Source: an uncultured delta proteobacterium (GTDB taxonomy: Bacteria; Desulfobacterota; Desulfomonilia; UBA1062). From it: a stretch of DNA of 64,000 nt. The notes under the pieces were generated by a model. It searched no databases. It was given only the letters and a program-made list of their open reading frames with translations, and was not told the origin of the DNA. Shown in pieces: positions 57,988 to 64,000 of this stretch; the first letter of the stretch is position 1; each line of letters opens with the position of its first letter. The stretch is from the NCBI GenBank assembly GCA_963752595.1, contig CAVVYZ010000001.1, positions 256,001 through 320,000 of the forward strand. The letters are read 5' to 3'. The position numbers and the translations under genes were made by a program.

Positions 57988-59545
57988 GTTGCATATAGCC
58001 TGTCGGCTGATATTATACGATTCAATCCATCCATTGACATAGGGGAGGTACAGTAATATGATAACCCTTTCATATATCGGGAGGTTTCTTATGAAGAGGG
58101 TTGTCATGCCGTCTCTGATGGTGTGCGTCGTTTTCACGGCCTGCTATGCGGGATGGCTTTCAGGGTACAGTAGACGAGCCAAGATAGAAGCGTCCAATGA
58201 GACTGCTCTTGCCGATCAGGTGATGCAGTTGGATATGTATTACAATGTTCCCCTGATTGAGGGTGATGGGATATTGAGAAGAAATGCGATACCAACATTC
58301 AAATATTCAGGCACTCACAGTAGAACTTACTTCGGCTTCTATGATACGAACGCCACCATTAAAATACGTTACTTTGATAATACAACAAAGGCACTCAGCG
58401 CCGCAACAACGATTGTATCAAGTTGGGGCAGCGGGGATGATCATTCTGTACCGTCTGTAATCGTCTTGCAGCGACAAACGGGCGATTACGCAAGTCACAA
58501 TGGTAAAGTCCTTGTGGCTGCTGGTGAGCATGGAACCGTATTAAATGGAAGGGTGATGGGGTGGAGGTCATCTAGCGCGGAGTCGATTTCCTCTTTTGAG
58601 ACTGGAGTCAGCATAGAGGACAAGAGTGGGACGTACACGTTCCTTGTTGAAGATAGCGCCGGTAAAATATATCTATTCTATCGTCTTACAAGTTTTCCTA
58701 GTGTGAATCACTTTTCTTGGTATTATAAGACGTCTACGGATGCTGGCACAACATGGAGTTCAAGAACCCTGCTATGGGATGCAGGAGATGCTCATTCGTA
58801 TATCATGGTCTACCCGACTAATGGAGGCGAGGATATACATCTCGCTTTCAATGCAGCTTTTCACGGCGAGCCATATGTCGGGTACAGCAGATATAGAGAC
58901 ATATATTATGCAAGATATGATGTATCCGGGGCAAAGTGGTACAAGGCCGACGGAACCACTGAAATAGCCCTGCCGATGGACACATCCACCGCAGGGAGTA
59001 TTCCCGATGTTGTTCATACCACCGCAGCGACCCATTGGGAATTTCTAGGTGAAGTAAAGGTCATCGACGGATCGCCATACATACTGTCATTTGATGAGGT
59101 TCCGACAGATAACTACCCGTCATCATACGTGCATAGCGATGGGAATGTGTTTTACCACTACTATTCTGGCGGAACGTGGCATACCGAAACAGTTTGTGGC
59201 ACCGGACGATTCGGAACATACAACTATCAGGCCGGGGCAACACTCGACGCCTGGGATGAAAATGTAATCTATGCCTGTGTACCCGATGGAAGTGGTCTTA
59301 CCCAAATGCAGAAATGGGAGAAGGATGGGACATGGGGTAAGACAGAAGATATCACTCAGGCTAGTTCCGGCGATCATTTCTGGCCCTCCTTTGTAAATGG
59401 AGCATCATCCACAGACCTCTTCAAAGTCCTTTGGTGCTACACCGAGAATTACACCATGTATGATGATGGACATTGGACATCATCATTAATGGCCTATCCC
59501 GGCTATAACAATAGCTCAAACATAAAACTCAATAAGGATTCTCGA
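57988..59545 (+). other. Gene-bearing 1,558-bp insert occupying a spacer position
   Basis: Bounded directly by perfect repeats at 57959-57987 and 59546-59574; no transposase, terminal IRs or target duplication seen. Confidence 0.9.
58034..58062 (+). promoter_or_regulatory. Sigma70 promoter inside the array insert
   Basis: TTGACA(58034-58039)-N17-TATGAT(58057-58062); GGGAGG RBS at 58079-58084. Confidence 0.8.
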
Positions 59546-59578
59546 GTGTTCCCCACACACGTGGGGATGAACCGGTGA
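58091..59578 (+). CDS. Secreted BNR/Asp-box beta-propeller protein (BNR_4-like), 495 aa, embedded in the CRISPR array
   Basis: Signal peptide MKRVVMPSLMVCVVFTACYA; DDHSVPS, GEHG, TYTFL...IYLFYR, Asp-box STDAGTTW, DIYYARYD...WYKADG; the last residues [10 protein letters not shown] come from the repeat. Confidence 0.8.
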   Translation: MKRVVMPSLMVCVVFTACYAGWLSGYSRRAKIEASNETALADQVMQLDMYYNVPLIEGDGILRRNAIPTFKYSGTHSRTYFGFYDTNATIKIRYFDNTTKALSAATTIVSSWGSGDDHSVPSVIVLQRQTGDYASHNGKVLVAAGEHGTVLNGRVMGWRSSSAESISSFETGVSIEDKSGTYTFLVEDSAGKIYLFYRLTSFPSVNHFSWYYKTSTDAGTTWSSRTLLWDAGDAHSYIMVYPTNGGEDIHLAFNAAFHGEPYVGYSRYRDIYYARYDVSGAKWYKADGTTEIALPMDTSTAGSIPDVVHTTAATHWEFLGEVKVIDGSPYILSFDEVPTDNYPSSYVHSDGNVFYHYYSGGTWHTETVCGTGRFGTYNYQAGATLDAWDENVIYACVPDGSGLTQMQKWEKDGTWGKTEDITQASSGDHFWPSFVNGASSTDLFKVLWCYTENYTMYDDGHWTSSLMAYPGYNNSSNIKLNKDSRVFPTHVGMNR

Positions 59579-59797
59579 GTGGTACGGCAAGCACCATGAG
59601 GGCATAGTGTTCCCCACACACGTGGGGATGAACCGTACGGCTACCCGGCCATTGCCACGCACTTCCTGTGTTCCCCACACACGTGGGGATGAAACGAGAG
59701 ACCCAGATGCAAGATGGAAGAGTGAAAATGGAGAGAGCGCCCAAAGGGAGATACATGAAAGAGTTTCGCGAGGAATAGGAATAGCTCAACCCTGAGC

Positions 59798-59820
59798 GTC
59801 CCCCGGCTTTGCCGGGGGAC
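59798..59820. terminator. Perfect GC hairpin between array trailer and FNT gene
   Basis: GTCCCCCGGC-TTT-GCCGGGGGAC; no U tract, so could be a REP/IS200-end-like hairpin rather than a terminator. Confidence 0.45.
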
Positions 59821-59887
59821 TGCTCGGGGAAATTTGCTTGCCTAACCTACTGCAGCAAAGCCGAGGTAAGGGTTTCTTGGGAACTCA

Positions 59888-60715
59888 CTATGACGGTGAC
59901 ATCGTGGACAGCTCTTTTTTAAAGGAATAGAAATAGACGGCACCGATAAAGATGAATCCACCCACAATATTTCCTATTGTTACAGGGATTAAGTTCCACT
60001 GGATGAATTGCGTCCATGAGACATTGGCACCCAACATGATGCCTGCGGGAATGAAATACATGTTTGCGACGCAGTGCTCAAAACCTGAGGAGACGAATGC
60101 CATGATGGGAAACCATATGCCGAAAAACTTTCCGACCATGGACTTTGATGAAAAAGCAAGCAATATTGCAACATTTACGAGCAGGTTACAGGCTATACCC
60201 TTCATGAATGCAGACCAGAGGCCGATGGTACCGGCTGCGATGTAAGGGAGAGTCTTTGCCTCTGCAATAGCGATGGCATTTTGTCCGAAGACCGTTAATT
60301 CCGGGCCGCCGCCTTTGCTGAAGGGACCGACAACCATCAGGTATGCCCAGAAAAGGGAACCGATAAAATTTCCAATATAGACCCAAAACCAGGCATTCCA
60401 CACTTTGCTCCACGTGGATTTTTTTTGAAAGACAGCCATAGGAATAAGCATCGTATCGCCGGTAAAGAGTGACATGCCTGTAAGTACGATGGCAATAAGG
60501 CCTACAGGGAAGACCGCGCCTGCGATAAGGGCCTTGAACCCGGGACCCACTGTTGTATCCAATCCTGTACCGCAGACGGTACAGAGTGCGCCGCCTACCG
60601 CGATAAAAAGCCCTGCCATGAAACTTCTTACCAGGAAATTGCTGGCACCTAAGTTTGCCTTATACATCCCTGCATTTCCAGCCAATTCAACGATTTCAAC
60701 GGGTTTGTGAGCCAT
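59888..60715 (-). CDS. fdhC: Formate/nitrite transporter (FdhC-like)
   Basis: MAGLFIA, VFPVGLI, LFTGD, GNFIGS, GIACNLLVN, GFEHCVANMY, PVTIGNIVGG. Confidence 0.92.
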   Translation of the reverse strand: MAHKPVEIVELAGNAGMYKANLGASNFLVRSFMAGLFIAVGGALCTVCGTGLDTTVGPGFKALIAGAVFPVGLIAIVLTGMSLFTGDTMLIPMAVFQKKSTWSKVWNAWFWVYIGNFIGSLFWAYLMVVGPFSKGGGPELTVFGQNAIAIAEAKTLPYIAAGTIGLWSAFMKGIACNLLVNVAILLAFSSKSMVGKFFGIWFPIMAFVSSGFEHCVANMYFIPAGIMLGANVSWTQFIQWNLIPVTIGNIVGGFIFIGAVYFYSFKKELSTMSPS

Positions 60716-60911
60716 TTGTTCCTCCTCAAAGTTGATTAGAACTTTCTTTGTGATTCCGGGAGTATATGAAGTAGGAATTTGTGTGTCAAGGAGATTCCGG
60801 CCACAGGGGAAATACCCGAAAGAAGTGCGGATTGTTCATATTAAAAAGTTGATTCACTTTAGTCTTTGTTGTTAGTTTGTTTTAAAAATCATATTTTGCG
60901 GGAGGAATAAG

Positions 60912-61676
60912 ATGGAAACAATAAAGATTATGCCGTGCCTTGATATGAAAGGCGGTCGCGTTGTAAAAGGTGTAAATTTTGTAAATTTGAAAGATGCCGG
61001 CGATCCGGTGGAGAACGCGAAGTTTTATCAAAGCGAGGGTGCTGATGAACTGGCCATGCTCGATATTGCCGCAACGCTTGAAAACAGAAAAACCCGCCTG
61101 GAATGGGTGCAGAATGTTGCAGCTGTTATTTCTATTCCGCTGACGGTCGGCGGCGGTATTGCAAGTCTTGACGATATACATCTGACTCTTTCCGCAGGCG
61201 CTTCAAAGGTATCGATGAACAGCGCCGCCGTTAAAGATCCCTCTCTTATAAAAAATGCTGCACGGGAGTTCGGATCTGAGCGAATAACCGTAGCCGTCGA
61301 TGCGCGCAGAAATAAGGCAATGCCATCGGGGTTTGAACTGGTGGTTTCCGGCGGCACCAAACCTGTCGGCAAGGATGCCATTGCCTGGGCGCGGGAGTGC
61401 CAGGATCTGGGCGCGGGCATCATTCTGCCGACCAGTATGGATGGCGACGGCACGCTTAAAGGCTTTGACCTTGAGTTCACAAAGGCCATCGCAGATGCGG
61501 TCACCGTACCGGTAGTCGCATCCGGCGGCGCCGGAACACTAGATCATTTTTACGACGGGGTGGTAAAAGGCGGCGCTCAGGTCCTGCTGGCGGCATCGGT
61601 ATTTCATTTCAGAACTTTTCGTATCAGGGAAGTGAAAGAATATCTTCGCAGCCGGGGTCTGCAGGTCAATCTCTAA
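60912..61676 (+). CDS. hisF: Imidazole glycerol phosphate synthase cyclase subunit
   Basis: IMPCLDMKGGRVVKGVNF, GADEL, PLTVGGGI, TSMDGDGT, VVASGGAG, LAASVFH. Confidence 0.92.
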   Translation: METIKIMPCLDMKGGRVVKGVNFVNLKDAGDPVENAKFYQSEGADELAMLDIAATLENRKTRLEWVQNVAAVISIPLTVGGGIASLDDIHLTLSAGASKVSMNSAAVKDPSLIKNAAREFGSERITVAVDARRNKAMPSGFELVVSGGTKPVGKDAIAWARECQDLGAGIILPTSMDGDGTLKGFDLEFTKAIADAVTVPVVASGGAGTLDHFYDGVVKGGAQVLLAASVFHFRTFRIREVKEYLRSRGLQVNL

Positions 61677-61823
61677 CAATGAACCGGCAGAGGTACGAGG
61701 GGATGTCCGTAACGAAATAACTAACTTTTGGTCAAGACCGGAGGAGGCATCCCTGGGATGGAAAGCTGATTTAGATGATTCAAGCAAAATACCCCTGGCT
61801 GACTCTCCCGGATAATGCCGGGG

Positions 61824-64000
61824 TCAATGCTCCTTGTTCTTTCCGGGAATCCTCTTGCCGTCAGTTTTCTTTTTCAAAGCGACGCGAGAGAGGTCTTTGT
61901 CAAGATTCAGGAATCTCATGTCTCCATTTATGACTTCTCGTTGTTCTTTTGCAGGAATCTCTTCTTCTTTGAAATCATACTGGGGGAGATAGATATCGAA
62001 AGTAGTTCCTTGCCCAGGGGTGCTCGTACAGTTGACGGCTCCTCCGTGGTTTACTACGATGCCGTGCACGATCGATAAGCCCAGGCCTGTGCCCTGGCTT
62101 TTCCATTTGGTGGTGAAATATGGGTCGAAAACACGCGCCATGGCCTCAGGCGATATCCCATGCCCGGTATCCCTGACGGTAAGCTTCATATACTGTCCGG
62201 CCGTCACATCCAGATCGAGGGCGGCAGCATCGTCAACAAGAACCGATTGAAGGTTTACATCCAGCTCTCCACCGGTTTTATCCATGGCATAGGCCGCATT
62301 GGTTAAGAGATTTGTCATGATCAGGTGAATCTGCACAGGATCTCCGAGGATGACCTGCGGCCCCATAAGATTTTCCCGGATCCTGATGTTTGCAGGCACT
62401 GAGGGCTGCAGCAGTTTCAATGACTCCTTGATTGTGGAGCTGAGTACGATTGGTGAATATTTCTTTTCCGGATGGCGGCTGAAAGCCAGGATATGATTCA
62501 CCAGGTCTCTGGCTCGATACGCTGCGTTGCGAACTTCATTGAGGTCGCTCCGAACCACGCTCAAGTCCTTGTCTTCTTTCTTTATCGCCATAAAATCTTT
62601 TATGGACATCTTCGTGTACCCGATGATGGACGTCAGGATATTATTGAAATCATGCGCGATGCCTCTCGATAATGTTCCGATGGCTTCCATTTTCTGAGAT
62701 TTGATATCGAGCCTTTTCTTTTCTTCTTCAATTCGTTTGAGGGCGGTTATATCCGTCATGACCATGACCATGCAGTCTTCTCCGCCATAGTGTACCGGCC
62801 TGGCGGATATGATTGTATCGAGGATGACCCCGTCTTTCCTGCGGCAGCGATGCTCTATGTTGTCAATCGGTTCCTTGTTTTTCAAGAGTTCCGTACATTG
62901 CTCGATGTCCTCCGGTGCGGCAGGCAGGTTCAGCTCAAACGGCGTCTTACCGACTGTGTCTTCAAGGGAGTATCCGGTATTTTTGCAAAAGGCATCGTTT
63001 ATATAAATATATCTGGAATCATCAGCACTCACGATGCTCACGGCATCAGGCATGCTCTGCAACGTGATACGATACCTTTCCTCATTCTCCTGCAATGTTT
63101 TCTGCAATGTGGTGCGCTCGGTTATGTCTCTTGCGACGGTTATCTCCCCCACTATATTATTATCCCGTACGAGGGGCACCCCGCTCACTTCGCCATATTT
63201 CCTTGCCCCGTCTTTCGTAACAAACTCGTAGACGGAAGAATAGACCGTCTCGCCGGAGAGCACCTTCAAGGCATTGTTTATTGCTTCCTTCATACAGTCA
63301 GGATGCAGCACATTAAGATCCAGGAAGGTCTTGCCTACCAGTTCCTCAGGCTTATATCCGAGGTTGCGCTCGACATTCGGGGTGACGCTCTGAACTCTGA
63401 ACTGTTTATCGTAAGAGAGCATGACATCGTTGCTGAGCGAAAAATATATGCGATACTTCTCTTCGCTTTCACGCAGCCTGGCTTCAGCTTCCTTGCGTTC
63501 CGCTATCTCTTTCTTCAGTTGTTCGTTTGCCTTGATCAGCTCTGAGGTACGCTCCCTGACCAGTTCTTCAAGCCGGTCGCGATGTTTCCTGAGCTCTTCC
63601 TCAGCCCGCTTCCGTTCGGAAATATCACGGGTGATTCCCATAATGTCCTTGATCCTGCCTGCTTCACCATAGAGAGGATTCATGGTCATTTCCGTCCAGA
63701 AGGTGGAACCGTCTTTGCGGATCATCTCAAACTCGGTGGTGAAGGACCAGTCCGGGCCGTGATGATGCCCGCCGATCTCCAAAAGCCGCTCTCTCTCGAA
63801 CAGCTCCAAGGCTTTTCTTGCAGATTCGGGGGTCAGCACCTCATCGAGCTTCTGTTTCATGGCCTCCTCGACGCTGTATCCCCTCAGCCGTTTGACCGAT
63901 GGACTCACATAGGTGTAGCCAAGATTGAGGTCGAAGACCCAGACCACGTCATGGGCATTTTCTACAAGGTTGCGGTATCGCTCTTCGCTCCCCCGCATGG
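61824..64000 (-). CDS. Multi-PAS sensor histidine kinase (5' end outside window)
   Basis: Three PAS/PAC modules (RDISERK, RDITER, TDITALK), GIAHDFNNIL, NLLTNA, DTGHG, FDPYFTTK, GTGLGL. Confidence 0.9.
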   Translation of the reverse strand, partial: MRGSEERYRNLVENAHDVVWVFDLNLGYTYVSPSVKRLRGYSVEEAMKQKLDEVLTPESARKALELFERERLLEIGGHHHGPDWSFTTEFEMIRKDGSTFWTEMTMNPLYGEAGRIKDIMGITRDISERKRAEEELRKHRDRLEELVRERTSELIKANEQLKKEIAERKEAEARLRESEEKYRIYFSLSNDVMLSYDKQFRVQSVTPNVERNLGYKPEELVGKTFLDLNVLHPDCMKEAINNALKVLSGETVYSSVYEFVTKDGARKYGEVSGVPLVRDNNIVGEITVARDITERTTLQKTLQENEERYRITLQSMPDAVSIVSADDSRYIYINDAFCKNTGYSLEDTVGKTPFELNLPAAPEDIEQCTELLKNKEPIDNIEHRCRRKDGVILDTIISARPVHYGGEDCMVMVMTDITALKRIEEEKKRLDIKSQKMEAIGTLSRGIAHDFNNILTSIIGYTKMSIKDFMAIKKEDKDLSVVRSDLNEVRNAAYRARDLVNHILAFSRHPEKKYSPIVLSSTIKESLKLLQPSVPANIRIRENLMGPQVILGDPVQIHLIMTNLLTNAAYAMDKTGGELDVNLQSVLVDDAAALDLDVTAGQYMKLTVRDTGHGISPEAMARVFDPYFTTKWKSQGTGLGLSIVHGIVVNHGGAVNCTSTPGQGTTFDIYLPQYDFKEEEIPAKEQREVINGDMRFLNLDKDLSRVALKKKTDGKRIPGKNKEH

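Larger units (their letters stand above)
52716..59696 (+). CRISPR. Type I-E CRISPR array: 88 repeats, 86 short spacers and one 1,558-bp inter-repeat segment
   Basis: 29-bp repeat GTGTTCCCCACACACGTGGGGATGAACCG (CCCCAC/GTGGGG hairpin). Repeats 1-85 at 52716-57987, 86 at 59546, 87 at 59607, degenerate 88 (...GAAACG) at 59668. Manual count. Confidence 0.97.

Noticed and set aside
58058-58090. ORF-track start at ATG 58058
   Set aside because: It lies within the -10 box; ATG 58091 has a properly spaced GGGAGG and begins the signal peptide
57988-59545. IS element or two separate arrays as explanation of the insert
   Set aside because: No transposase, IRs or duplication. Repeat 85 is not degenerate, and repeat 86 is preceded by coding sequence rather than a leader, so two independent arrays fit poorly
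52745-59667. Self-targeting or duplicated spacers, or spacers matching the insert
   Set aside because: None spotted by eye. The check was not exhaustive and central spacer sequences are unreliable; needs an alignment
60912-61676. hisF without neighbouring his genes as a specialised paralog
   Set aside because: Catalytic motifs look canonical and scattered his genes are common

Overview
This is a 64-kb chromosomal window from an anaerobic, Deltaproteobacteria-like organism. A syntroph-like lifestyle is inferred from gene content and is not proven. It holds housekeeping and regulatory genes, two type II TA modules, and a Mo/W-formate block: fmdE-like, modABC, three formate dehydrogenases each with an in-frame TGA (Sec) at the catalytic position, fdhE, nuoEF-like subunits and a distant FNT formate channel. 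It also holds an IS110-family element inserted in a lipoprotein gene and a complete type I-E CRISPR-Cas locus (cas3-cas8e-cse2-cas7-cas5-cas6-[BRO-N]-cas1-cas2) with an array of 88 repeats by my manual count (52716-59696). The standout observation is a 1,558-bp segment (57988-59545) between two perfect repeats where a 32-bp spacer should be. It carries a near-consensus sigma70 promoter, an RBS and an uninterrupted ORF for a secreted BNR/Asp-box beta-propeller protein, which has no stop of its own and terminates only after reading through the next repeat into the next spacer. Caveat: many genes carry clustered single-base indels and the central spacers look like noisy consensus. The assembly appears to be imperfectly polished, so frameshifts are not called as pseudogenes and boundaries of frameshifted genes are approximate.
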